Positions 44,488 through 55,000 of a DNA stretch of 64,000 nucleotides are shown here, piece by piece. Below the pieces are notes generated by a model. The model saw nothing but the letters and a program-made list of their open reading frames with translations, was not told the origin of the DNA and searched no databases. Within the stretch, counting starts at the first letter, position 1. Each line of letters starts with the position of its first letter. The translations under genes and the position numbers were made by a program. Source of the DNA: Diplonema japonicum (lineage: Eukaryota; Protista; Euglenozoa: Diplonemea); assembly GCA_964019335.1 (NCBI GenBank), contig OZ025679.1, positions 547,608-611,607 on the forward strand, read 5' to 3'.

Positions 44488-46032
44488 ATGGGGAAAGACA
44501 AAGACGGCTTCGATGGGGTCGATAACTTTAAGACGAAGCACTCGTGCTACGTGTTAACCGTCACAGAGCACTACATTGTTGTCGGTGGGACGAAGATACA
44601 CATCTATGACAAGACGTCGACTGAGCATGTGAAGGAGATCAAGACCGGCCACGATGTGAGCTCCATGTATGCAGTAATGATGATCTTTAATATTTTCAAG
44701 GACTTGGGACAAAGAAGAGGATAAGATGTACGTGGGGCTCTCTGATGGGAACATCAGCATCTGCGAATTCTCTGATGACAAGTATCCCGAGGTATACCCG
44801 CCCACAATGCACATTTTCATAACAGTCGATGGAGCCATTAAAGAAATTCCACGGTGCCGCTATTTGCAGTTTGTGCTACCTCAAAGGCAAGCTGTTCAGC
44901 GGATCCACTGATGGATCCATCAGTGTATGGGAATCTGGCAACATCATTGCTTCGCGGGCGAAGCCTAAAAAAGGTCACAAGCATAACGTAATGCACTTTT
45001 TCCCCGAAAGGGACTTGGTGATTTGCGCATCTCCTGAAAGAGTATTCTTGTTCAAGAACGAGAACTTCGTTGAAGAAGAAGCGGCCACACTCATGGGTCT
45101 CCCTGCACACATGAAGGCTATCACAGGCTACTACACAACTTCTGGAGTGCGGGTGTTCGTAGGTATGCCTGTTGTTTCAATTTTCATTTTTTTACCTCAG
45201 GCTGTGAAGACGGCAGCTTAGCAATTTATGACATTACCAAAGGGCAAGAGGGCGCTGTGCATCCTGTGCAGCAGCTTGAGAAGCTGCACACGAAGGCCAT
45301 CCATTGCCTGACGATGTTTGGGCCGTACCTTATTGCCACATCTCATGACAAGTACGTGTCCATGTGGAATGGTAAGGAGTCGGCTTCAGAGTGCAACTTG
45401 ATACGAAAGTATGCAAGACCTCACACGCTGTATTACAACCACTCAGATTCCAACACAAGGGCGCCGTGACCGCTTGCTTTGTGGAAGGCATCCCTGGAGA
45501 GGAGTTGAGCTTCACTTGGTGTTTCGATGAGTCCAACAAAAAGATATATAAGATTGTGATGAACGAGCACCTGCCATCCCTAGCGAAGGGTCACCAGTCC
45601 AGACTGACTTTCGAGGTGGACCCCACAGCTGAAATTAGCGGCAGTAATTCCCACATTCCTGATGAGGTATGCTTCGCTACAATGCAACCCAACACATAAC
45701 AGTTGAGCAGCGCCCTCTCCCCTAAAGGATCTGACACCTCAAGGGGTGACGAGGAGCCGAATACTATGAGGATGAAGTATAAAGATTTCTATAGTGACAC
45801 TGGTAACATCCAGTCACTCTTTGACGAAGCAAGTGACTGGATGCATCAACACTCAGACTTCAGAGTGCTCTCTGTGAGCACGGTGCCTGTGATAGGGGCC
45901 CGCCACACGAGCGAAGCTTTATTCAAGCACTCGTTGAACCAAGCTGCGTATGATGCTGCGCTAAGAACAAAGCCGGAGCATGCCGTCTCCGTTATACAGG
46001 TTGTTAGAGTTGTATATTCAGAGTCTCAATAG
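44488..46032 (+). CDS. WD40-repeat protein; 5 introns
   Basis: Motifs LFSGSTDGSISVW, VFVGCEDGSLAIYD and IATSHDKYVSMW. Introns 44667-44700, 44792-44825, 45163-45200, 45409-45446 and 45667-45702 join six small ORFs. Confidence 0.85.
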
Positions 46033-46167
46033 AAATAGGCATGCTGCTAGTGTTGTCACCCGGCAACTTCTTACACAGTAGCATACATAGTTGCGAGTGT
46101 TTGTTTGACTTTGGCTGTTGTTAATTAATTAGCTTATCTTCATTACTTCACACCACCGTGCAGGTAG

Positions 46168-48195
46168 ATGGAAGGCGATGTCGAGCGGTTGAGGCTTGCC
46201 GTCACTCAGTGGATTACACACAAGCCACCTGAGCACATCCTTAGGATCTTAGAAAAAGATGAAGAAAAAGATGAAAAAGTACCCACCAACAGCGCAGACC
46301 CTAGAGTTCAGATGCGTGCAGCTCAAGTGCTGCGCAAGATACGCAACAGAGGTCTGAAGGACTACCACCAGAGAAAGAGAGAATATAATCTCAATAGGCA
46401 TCCAACACCTCCGCCGCCAGAGGTGTCGAAGAAGCTCCGTGCCCCTGCCAGAGCAGGTGTCGCCAAAGCTGTCGACAAGTCACTCCCGAAAGAAAAGGCA
46501 ATGACACCGACTTATCACCCTGTGCAGAACGTGCACCTTGATAGGTCAAGCGAGAGACAGTACGCAGCCATCCCAAAAATGATGCTACAGAAGGACATCT
46601 TCCACACCGAAGCAAAGATCGTACATTACAGGTGTGGGGGGCACACCGGACTCTACAAGGAAGCTTCAGAAAAGGTCCCGGAGGTAAAGAAGTCACGCTC
46701 TTTTGTAAATGAGATAATCGTGTTGTCATCTATGCTGCCGGAGTACAATGGGACGTACATCGCCCTCAGGGTAGATGTGCCTTATTGGGTGTGTGAGAAT
46801 CGCAGGCTGTGCAAGACAGGGGGGAGGTGGAAGTTCGAATACACTTCCTATTCCTGGATAGAATGCGTGAAGCCTCATATGGGAAAAGCGCCTTGGAAGT
46901 GCCCAAAGTGGGACGCATGGTGTGCTGATGACAGTGAATGGTGTTATGACCCTTCGATTGTGGTCGAAGCTTCTGAGGAAGGGGTAAAGGTGACGGCACC
47001 GCAGCTATTGCAGTACGAAGGGACCTATACTATCAGCGACCGTATCATGAATGAACAGCAGGTGTGGAGCAAGGGATCCCTTTCGATATGTTCGCACGAC
47101 GGGCACTGGGTCATTTATGATGAGAACTACAGCTATATTGAAAGTTACCAAACGCACTCTGAGCAAGTACCCCATGCCTCTATATTGTGGGACAAGTGGG
47201 AGGGCAGCAAGAGGAAGTGGTCATCGTGCAACGTGTCGCTCATTCTGCCTGTCGAGAAGCAAACAGCTTCAGAGGCCACCTTCATAACGCAGCCGAAGAA
47301 AGAGGATGACGAAGCCAACCTCTTCGACTACCTTCCTGCTATTAACCTCCCCAATTTCACGATCCACGACGTCCTGCAGGGCAGTGTGACTGAGCCGTCT
47401 AATGACTTGCACAACGAGCTCGACGATGAGCAGAAGGAGAAGGTGAAGATGGTCGAAGGGTTGCTGTTCGGGTTTCATGGAAACATGAAAATCAATGAAG
47501 CACAGAAGGTGCTAGGGCTTACCTACAGGCAGAATGACGTGGAGTCGAAGCTTGCTCCCATCCCGTATGATTTTGGAAAGTTCGCTGCATCGTACGGACA
47601 GGAAAAGTCGCAGTTCCACCAGAGGTGCATGAAGGAAATAAGGCGTGTAGCCAACCAGCGTCAGTCTCTATTCAAGAAAAAACGCAGGATCCTAAACGAC
47701 ATCTTGCGAAACGCCCCCGACATGAAGACAAGCAATCCGAGGTGGCGGCACGCTAGTCATAGCATGAAGCAACAGATGTACAATGACCTTGAGAAAGGAT
47801 TCAGGATGAAGAGAAAGTCATTGCTCCGGCGGTGGCTGAACCAGTTCAAAGAAGCCCTACCCTCTGTGCTCCCCCCCAGTTGCCGTGCGGTGCTTGTGTA
47901 TCTGGACACACTCTTCGACCAGCTTGACCTGAAGCTCTCAAAGGAGTTGTACTACAGCCTGTGTAACGATGTGCTGGCGTCGCATCATTTTTTGCTGAGC
48001 GACGTACTGAACATCTTGTGGTGTGTGAAGAAGCTTTTCCAGGTCACAGACGACCAGTACTGCGAGCTCGTTAAGATAAAAACGCATTTACTCTTTGAAT
48101 ACAATTTCCAGCTTCCTTTACTGGAAAGCGAGAAACATGAAGAAGAAGTCACCCCCAAGCCTATTGTTGGCGACACTTCGCTACCGGAGATCTGA
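46168..48195 (+). CDS. Hypothetical protein with two copies of a Trp-rich beta module
   Basis: Internal repeat EYNGTY...W...GGRWKF / QYEGTY...VW...DGHWVI. Confidence 0.7.
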   Translation: MEGDVERLRLAVTQWITHKPPEHILRILEKDEEKDEKVPTNSADPRVQMRAAQVLRKIRNRGLKDYHQRKREYNLNRHPTPPPPEVSKKLRAPARAGVAKAVDKSLPKEKAMTPTYHPVQNVHLDRSSERQYAAIPKMMLQKDIFHTEAKIVHYRCGGHTGLYKEASEKVPEVKKSRSFVNEIIVLSSMLPEYNGTYIALRVDVPYWVCENRRLCKTGGRWKFEYTSYSWIECVKPHMGKAPWKCPKWDAWCADDSEWCYDPSIVVEASEEGVKVTAPQLLQYEGTYTISDRIMNEQQVWSKGSLSICSHDGHWVIYDENYSYIESYQTHSEQVPHASILWDKWEGSKRKWSSCNVSLILPVEKQTASEATFITQPKKEDDEANLFDYLPAINLPNFTIHDVLQGSVTEPSNDLHNELDDEQKEKVKMVEGLLFGFHGNMKINEAQKVLGLTYRQNDVESKLAPIPYDFGKFAASYGQEKSQFHQRCMKEIRRVANQRQSLFKKKRRILNDILRNAPDMKTSNPRWRHASHSMKQQMYNDLEKGFRMKRKSLLRRWLNQFKEALPSVLPPSCRAVLVYLDTLFDQLDLKLSKELYYSLCNDVLASHHFLLSDVLNILWCVKKLFQVTDDQYCELVKIKTHLLFEYNFQLPLLESEKHEEEVTPKPIVGDTSLPEI

Positions 48196-48291
48196 GCGCT
48201 CTTTCTAGACTGACTGGTCTCTTCTTTTACAATCCCTTCGTATACGTTTAGCGGCATAAAATTATAACAACATCCAGATCCAGTCTTAGAA

Positions 48292-48896
48292 ATGTTGAAG
48301 ATGAATATTACGGCAGGTCGGGCTGTTGCCCAGCAGAGACGATGCAAGGGCTTCATACCCACTCCGAACAAAAAGAAGTTACCGAGGTACAGGGAGAACT
48401 CGTGGGTATGTGTATTCGCATTAATGTAACTTACGCTAATTCCAGTTCAACCGTGGTTTCAACATGGACAGAAAGGGTCATGCACTTGCGCGGAATGACA
48501 TGAGGTTGAAGCGGACGCATGACAGGACCAGCATGGAAAACGTGCACATGCGATGGGGTCCTACTAAGTACTACAGATTTACCGACGTGACTGATATGCG
48601 AAAAGAGTTGGACGGGCTGGGGAACCTCTCCTCGGGCACACCCTCGCCTGTTCATAAGAATGCACGAAAGATAAGTATGTTGCGACCTTTGACCTGGCAT
48701 TTCCCTAACAGCTGGTGACGATTTTGACTTTAAGACGGTGCTCAACGAGAGGGGCAGGTTCCAGCCTGCCAAGGGCAACGTGTGGGACGCTGCAGAATAC
48801 GTGCGGGCTTGGAACGACGAAGAATTGAAGAGGTTGAGGGGGAATGACTGGCACAAGAAGTACTACAGTGGTGGTTTCACCCTTCACTCTTTATAG
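48292..48896 (+). CDS. Probable mitochondrial basic protein (~175 aa); 2 introns
   Basis: Presequence MLKMNITAGRAVAQQRRC. Introns 48406-48445 and 48675-48711 give a continuous frame ending ...GGFTLHSL*. Confidence 0.65.
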
Positions 48897-48963
48897 GATA
48901 TTATTTTGTTTAGTGTTGATGCTTGCTCGGCCTGCTGCCTTTTCACCTCATCTAGGTAACAAC

Positions 48964-51078
48964 ATGATATTCGGATCGGTAGTATCTGTAGCATCGGTGG
49001 CGTGCATCGTTTATGCTTTGCGAAGGCGCCGCCAACGGCTCATTGAAGATGCCTGGTTGCATGACACTGTTATCACCTGGAAGCTCAAAGATGAGGAGGT
49101 TGAAGCACTGCTTTCACAGTGTATGAGGAATGAGTGTCATCTGCTGCTTAGATATATTCTGGAACACTACGACGTGACTCCATCTGCGAGTGACATAGTT
49201 AATCTAGTTGGCAGTGACGAAACACCGAACAAGTTGCTTCGTGTGTTGCTGCAGCATCGAACAAAAGAGGTCGTCGAAGCGAGGCTCGGCACAGGGTGGT
49301 CAAGTACTCTTGCAGCAGCGGCTGGAGGCAACACCGAGGCTTTACTTCTCTTATTAGATAACGGCGGCAGTTGTGAATGTGAGCAATTCCACGCAGTGGG
49401 TGTAGCTGCCTTCAACGGCCATGTCGGAGCTGTCCGTGCTCTCCTTGACCTGTACCCGGAGCAGCTGTCTAAGCCGAACCACACTGGTGAGATGCCCCTC
49501 CACATGGCTGCAAGGGGTGGCCACTGGAACGTGGTACTAGAATTGTTGAATAGGGATGCTTCACTAAATGAAAGTGACAAATTGGGTAACACAGCTCTTC
49601 ACATGGCAGCTTTCTCCAACGTGACATGCATTAGGCTGCTTGTGCAGGCAGGCGCAAAGTTTGGGAAGCGCCGTGATGGATTTACACCGCTGCACACTGC
49701 GGTAGTAAAAGGAAAAACGAAGTGCATCCGTGAGTTGTTGCACTTAAAGCCCTCTGGTCTGGATCTCGAGGGCAGCGACAAGTTTGGACAGACAGCACTC
49801 CACATCGCATGCTCGCAACTGCAATTAGACGCAGCAGTTGTGCTGATCGAGAATGGCGCAGATATCAATGCCAAGGATCATGATGGCTTGACACCGTTGC
49901 ATGCCTTGCTGAAGAAGCCATCAATGGGTGTGGGCTCAATGCCTCCCATGGAGCTGTATTTAAGCGTCCTCAACAGATTTTCTTGCATTATGGGCGAAGG
50001 TGACAATGAGGGCTACACACCCATGCATATTGTTTCTGTAGTAAAGGGAGATACAGGTGTGTCTATCGCAAAGGAGATGGTTGCGCTAGGGTGCGACCCG
50101 ACTATGGAGAATCGTCTGGGGTGGACACCCATACACCTGGCACACGACCGGAAGAACATCGAGGTTTTTGATATTTATGCTGAGAAGGCGGGGACGGAGT
50201 GGATGAAGTTTTTTGATCCTGCAAAGCCAAAGAAACAGGTTGATACGATCCCAAGTCATATTGCGTGCATCCCTATGGAGCAGAGGAAGGCCTGTTTGAA
50301 CGATGTGACGTTGATGGGGATCTGCAAGCTGATAGCTTCGGGGAAAGCGAAGAACATTGTTGTGCTGACGGGTGCCGGGATCAGTGTGTCTTCAGGAATT
50401 CCTGACTACAGATCAAAGGACGGTGTATACAGGCAGGCCGGACGTGGCGACATTCCTGTGAGGGACATGTTCTCTGAGGCGTACTGCCTGCAGGACCCTG
50501 TCGGCTTTTACTCGCTGGCGGTGAAGCTGTTTCATAACAAGCAGCCAAGCTTGACTCACAAATTCCTCAATCTTCTCAACGAAAAGGGCTTGCTAAAGAA
50601 GATCTATACTCAAAATGTCGACGGGCTTGAAAGGAAAGCAGGGATTCCTGATGAAAAAGTTGTCCAGTGCCACGGTACCTTTGAGAGGCTGAGATGTATT
50701 AAGTGCAGATTTAGTGAGAGGATGATACCGTCGGCAGATGAAGCACCCGTTTGCCCGTTATGCAATAGCCCCCTGCGGCCTGATGTGGTGTTCTTTGGTG
50801 AAGGTTTGCCTGATGTTTTCCATGCAAGGCACAACGACATGAACGAATGCGACTTACTCATTGTGATGGGAACTAGCCTTGTCGTCTACCCGTTCGCCGG
50901 TTTGCCCAACGAGATCGGCACCCTGACCCCACGCCTACTTATTAATAAAGAACCGACCGGTCCGTGGAAGAACAGGTCCTTAGGCGCTGTGAAGCATAAC
51001 TATAGAGATGTTTTCGCCGAGGGGAGTTGCGATGAGGTTGTGAAGAACATGGTGGAGATTCTTGGGTGGGATTTGTAG
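48964..51078 (+). CDS. Signal-anchor + ankyrin repeats + class I sirtuin (NAD-dependent deacylase) fusion
   Basis: Anchor MIFGSVVSVASVACIVYAL-RRRR; many (G)xTPLH repeats; sirtuin motifs GAGISVSSGIPDYRS, TQNVDGLE, QCHG, CIKC/CPLC, RPDVVFFGE and GTSLVVYP. Confidence 0.9.
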   Translation: MIFGSVVSVASVACIVYALRRRRQRLIEDAWLHDTVITWKLKDEEVEALLSQCMRNECHLLLRYILEHYDVTPSASDIVNLVGSDETPNKLLRVLLQHRTKEVVEARLGTGWSSTLAAAAGGNTEALLLLLDNGGSCECEQFHAVGVAAFNGHVGAVRALLDLYPEQLSKPNHTGEMPLHMAARGGHWNVVLELLNRDASLNESDKLGNTALHMAAFSNVTCIRLLVQAGAKFGKRRDGFTPLHTAVVKGKTKCIRELLHLKPSGLDLEGSDKFGQTALHIACSQLQLDAAVVLIENGADINAKDHDGLTPLHALLKKPSMGVGSMPPMELYLSVLNRFSCIMGEGDNEGYTPMHIVSVVKGDTGVSIAKEMVALGCDPTMENRLGWTPIHLAHDRKNIEVFDIYAEKAGTEWMKFFDPAKPKKQVDTIPSHIACIPMEQRKACLNDVTLMGICKLIASGKAKNIVVLTGAGISVSSGIPDYRSKDGVYRQAGRGDIPVRDMFSEAYCLQDPVGFYSLAVKLFHNKQPSLTHKFLNLLNEKGLLKKIYTQNVDGLERKAGIPDEKVVQCHGTFERLRCIKCRFSERMIPSADEAPVCPLCNSPLRPDVVFFGEGLPDVFHARHNDMNECDLLIVMGTSLVVYPFAGLPNEIGTLTPRLLINKEPTGPWKNRSLGAVKHNYRDVFAEGSCDEVVKNMVEILGWDL

Positions 51079-51209
51079 TTTCTCGATTCCTAACCATATC
51101 TTGAGAATAATGAGTTTCAGTGTAAAAATAACGTTTCCACCCTAGCCCTAACCGTAAAATATATTTTGTCAAAGCATGTCTCTTATGTAACTTACCATCA
51201 AATAGGGAA

Positions 51210-51944
51210 ATGGAAAACGTTCCTCATGCACCTACCCCACCCATACCAACAGAGCTGCTAGCTTACTACAATGGGGGATCGTGTGCACCTGCTGCAGCGA
51301 ATCAGGCACCGGCAGCATCTAGGGTTTGGTTAGATGTGAGGGCGTCGGAAGTCAAAACACAAAGGAACCAAGGCGAGAAAAAAGAAAAGGCACAACAGAT
51401 TGAGCGTGAAGTCCAAGAACAAGAAGAGGAGGAAGAGGAGGAAGAGGAGGAAGAAGATGACCAAGGCTGCATGGAGAGCATTGTGCTCTTCAAAAGGGAT
51501 GGCAACGTGACGTTGGGCTCCGACACAGAAGAGTCAGCAGAGGATGACGGCGATGAGGTTGCAGAGATGGCTGTGAACGATGCGTGGGTGAACATGCTGG
51601 TTGAGTCCGAGAAAAGGAAGACAGAAAAAGTGCGTAAAGAAAAGGAGTTAGAAAGAGCAGAGGCAAGAAAGCCAGTTGTACGCGAGGACGCACGTAAGTT
51701 TGAAATGGCTGTCACAATGTATGGCAAGAAAGCTGCCAAAGAGATCTCAATTATGGAGAGCCGCTTGCACACAACGTACAGCAGGCTGGTATCTGGGAAG
51801 ACGCCCACATGGCCATGTACACCGCTCAAGTTCATGGACCACCAGCTAGTGTCTGTGAAGCTAGGTTTGCCCAGCATCACTATTTTAAAGAGGTCAGTTT
51901 CTGAAACTGAAGATGAGCCCTCTCAGAAAAAGCTAAAACAATAG
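51210..51944 (+). CDS. Gemin8-like protein (SMN complex)
   Basis: C-terminal MYGKKAAKEISIMESRLHTTYSRLVSGKTPTWPCTPLKF resembles the Gemin8 C-terminal motif (YG..A.KI..ME...Q..F.......P..WP..PLKF, from recall); acidic central stretch. Confidence 0.65.
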   Translation: MENVPHAPTPPIPTELLAYYNGGSCAPAAANQAPAASRVWLDVRASEVKTQRNQGEKKEKAQQIEREVQEQEEEEEEEEEEEDDQGCMESIVLFKRDGNVTLGSDTEESAEDDGDEVAEMAVNDAWVNMLVESEKRKTEKVRKEKELERAEARKPVVREDARKFEMAVTMYGKKAAKEISIMESRLHTTYSRLVSGKTPTWPCTPLKFMDHQLVSVKLGLPSITILKRSVSETEDEPSQKKLKQ

Positions 51945-52011
51945 TAATGGAAAGTAATTAACATCTGCATCATAACCCTTGTCACACTCATTACAGCACA
52001 CATGGTGTAGT

Positions 52012-55000
52012 ATGCAGACACACGCACATGCTATAGCATGCACCAACAAGCTCGTACGATTGCTTGGTGAGTCATACTTGAAAGTCTTGAAGGGTCATTT
52101 CTTTGAGACAGACGAGAAGAGGCTTGACCGCGAGGGGTTCGTCAGGGCAGTGCATGCAACACTCGAAGCTTGGGTTGGTGAGCAGCATATGAGAGATGGA
52201 CTGCACTACAGTGATGAAACAGACAAGATTGCGGTGAAAAGGCAATTGGCGATGGTATTGAAAGATTTCACACCCGCACGGCTGGGACACCTGTTTCTGC
52301 AACTGGACTGTGACAAGGACGGGAAGATTGACTGGATGGACGTTTCGACCTTTATGGTGGAAGGAGCAGCTATTAAGCAAACCATCAAGCAGTTCCAAGA
52401 CAAGCCTGATGTGAAGGAGTGGGAAGGAAAAGAAGTTGATCGCATTGTGTTCATAGAAGCATGGCGGAAGCTTGTCTTGTGCACACAGAGCAAGATGGTG
52501 TACGTCTGCACCACGTCAGGGGCACCTTACGCTGAGTTCGTAGGGCACAAGTCATCAGTCATGAATGCTACGTATCTAACGGCCATCGATAGGCTTTGCA
52601 CTGCATCGAGCGACAGCACAATCATCATTTGGGATGAGAAGCAACGCGCTGTCTTGAAACAGCTGCCTTTTCCGCAGCCTGTTTTATGCATGGTTTCTAT
52701 TAAGTTAGAGAGCGTGTCTTATCTGTATGTGGCAGGGCTCGACCAGCATATCAAGGGTTACAGTATGGACAGCTTGATGACGTGGCACCCGCAGGACATG
52801 CAAGGACTACAAGAGGAACGGCAAGTGTGGAATTCGCCTGGTGCCCTGTCAGAAGATGACAAAAAGCACCGCCGGATGTTCAAAAAGCTTGACGATGACA
52901 GTTCGGGGAGCGATTGTGACAGGCAAGTGAAGAAGAAGCTACCTGTGCTGTCGTCCAGCGACGAGGAGACAAAAGGGCCTGTTGCTGAGTTGAAACGAAA
53001 GCGCAAGAGGCGTAAGCGTGAGGATGCACACGCAATGCCAGACTCAAAGAAGTATCCAACGCCCTCAATCAAGTTCACCTCTGGCCACGACGATTGGGTG
53101 ACTGAGTTGCTCATTATCAGCGATCTCCGGCTTGTGATTAGCGCCTCGTTGGACAAGACAATAAGGGTCTGGGACATGTTCACAGGGGAGCTCAGGTATA
53201 AGAAGGTAGGACACACCAAAGGCGTTCTTTCCTTGTGCTACATGGAAGAGTACAAACTCCTCATCAGCAGCGGTTATGGGAAAGAGGTCTGTGTGTGGAA
53301 CCCTTTTACACCTAACGGAGCCCTTGCGACCTTGGCAGGTCATGAGAAACAGGTGTTGGGTGTTAGTTACTTCCCTAATACACCTACATGTGTCAGTATG
53401 GATGTGCAGGGTAGGCTCATCGTGTGGGACATACGCTCGTATACGCAAGTACAGAACTTGGGAGGGTCCTTAAACAAATACATCCCTGTGCCAATAGCAT
53501 GCTACTGTCTAGACGCTGAGGAGGGGTTACTTATATCTATGGGAAAGGTGATGTCTTGGTACAAAGTACGTGAAAGTGCGCACATTCATAAGATGAAGCA
53601 ACCCATCAGCCACATTCTTGTGAGTCAACAAAAGGAGGTTGTGGTCCTCGCAGCAGGCAGCAAATTCTATACGTACTCCTTGCTTGACGGCAGGCTGATA
53701 ATGGCGCATGAGAGGCTTTCAGGATGCGAGATATCAGGCCTCTGCTGGTGCTCTGATGATTGTGGCTTCTTAGCTGTGGGCAACACTGATGGCAGGGTGA
53801 AGATCGTAAACACAGATTCAGGGGCTGTTGCGGGAACCTTTAAGGTTTCTTCTCCTTCAGCGGTATCTGCATTGTTCAGAGTGAAGACCATAAGCGATGC
53901 TAGGGGACGCATGCGGCACAAAGAAACAAGACTGTTGCTCATACTGCTCAGCAGCGGTCAGCTGATAGTTGTAAATCAGAGTAGACTGAACAATGAACGA
54001 CCAGTTCTGAAGCACCAAACAATCATAGGCGGTCCGCAGCACCCTGATGCAGAGGTGACACTGTCTTGCTACTCGCCCGCCATGAACTCTGTAGTTGTGT
54101 TTGGAACAAGTGCGAATACAGTATGTGAGACCACATGATTTTACAGCATAGCAGAATACGTATCTGATGGAGGCTTGGAAGCTAAACAGTCTTGAGGCAC
54201 CTCTCTACTCTGACAAACTCAGCAGTAATGTCACAGCATGCTGTATGCTCGATGATAGGAGCTGCATGCTGACATGCAATGCAGAAGGAAAGCTGTGGGT
54301 TTGGAACCAAGTATGTTACACACCGTATTCATGGGCACATTCACAGCACAATATGATTTTGATGATCGAGGTGATGCTAGCACCTGCAGGTGATGGGCCT
54401 TTCGTTGCGACTAGCATCGGATTCAACGAGTCAGAGCTTGGCATCGTGATGACAGACGAGAAGAGGGTGAAGATCGTGAGCTTTACATGGATTGTTTGCC
54501 AATTTTTCGAAGTGCACAAAGACGCTAGTTGGAATTTGGTGAGTGCGCCTGAAGACCAGGAGCTGTTCAGGGGAAGGTACGTAATTGAAAAAGTGATCCG
54601 AGGTACCTGCAACGAGGTCATGCTTGGTGTCGACCTTAGGCTGAACAAGCGTGTGGCGTTAAAAGCGGTCAATGACCTTGAAGAGTATCATAACGAGGTA
54701 GAATTGTACAATACGCTCACGAAGTCTGGGTCAGAAGGGGTGATCAGACTATTCGACCACTGGGTGGATGACAAGGGTCCCGCACACCTTGTGTTGGAAT
54801 GTGGAGGGAAGACGCTTTGGGACGTCACCCATCAGAAAGGCAAGCAGGTGAGCGCGATTGGCACAGCGGAGGAGCTTCGGTCCATTGCAGAGGGCATTAC
54901 CCGGGGGCTGGTCGAGATCCATAAAGCGGGGTACATCCATGGTGATATAAAGTCAAAGAACGTAGTGCAGTTCAGTCGGACATGGAAGATTATAGACCTA

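Noticed and set aside
33318-51944. Functional operon of RNA-processing genes (CLP1, ISY1, Gemin8-like)
   Set aside because: They are interspersed with unrelated genes, and adjacency in directional clusters does not imply shared function.
2063-54346. Alternative genetic code, stop readthrough or programmed frameshifting to explain broken ORFs
   Set aside because: Apart from the transposase remnant, the breaks I examined are resolved by a 30-44 nt GT-AG intron under the standard code.
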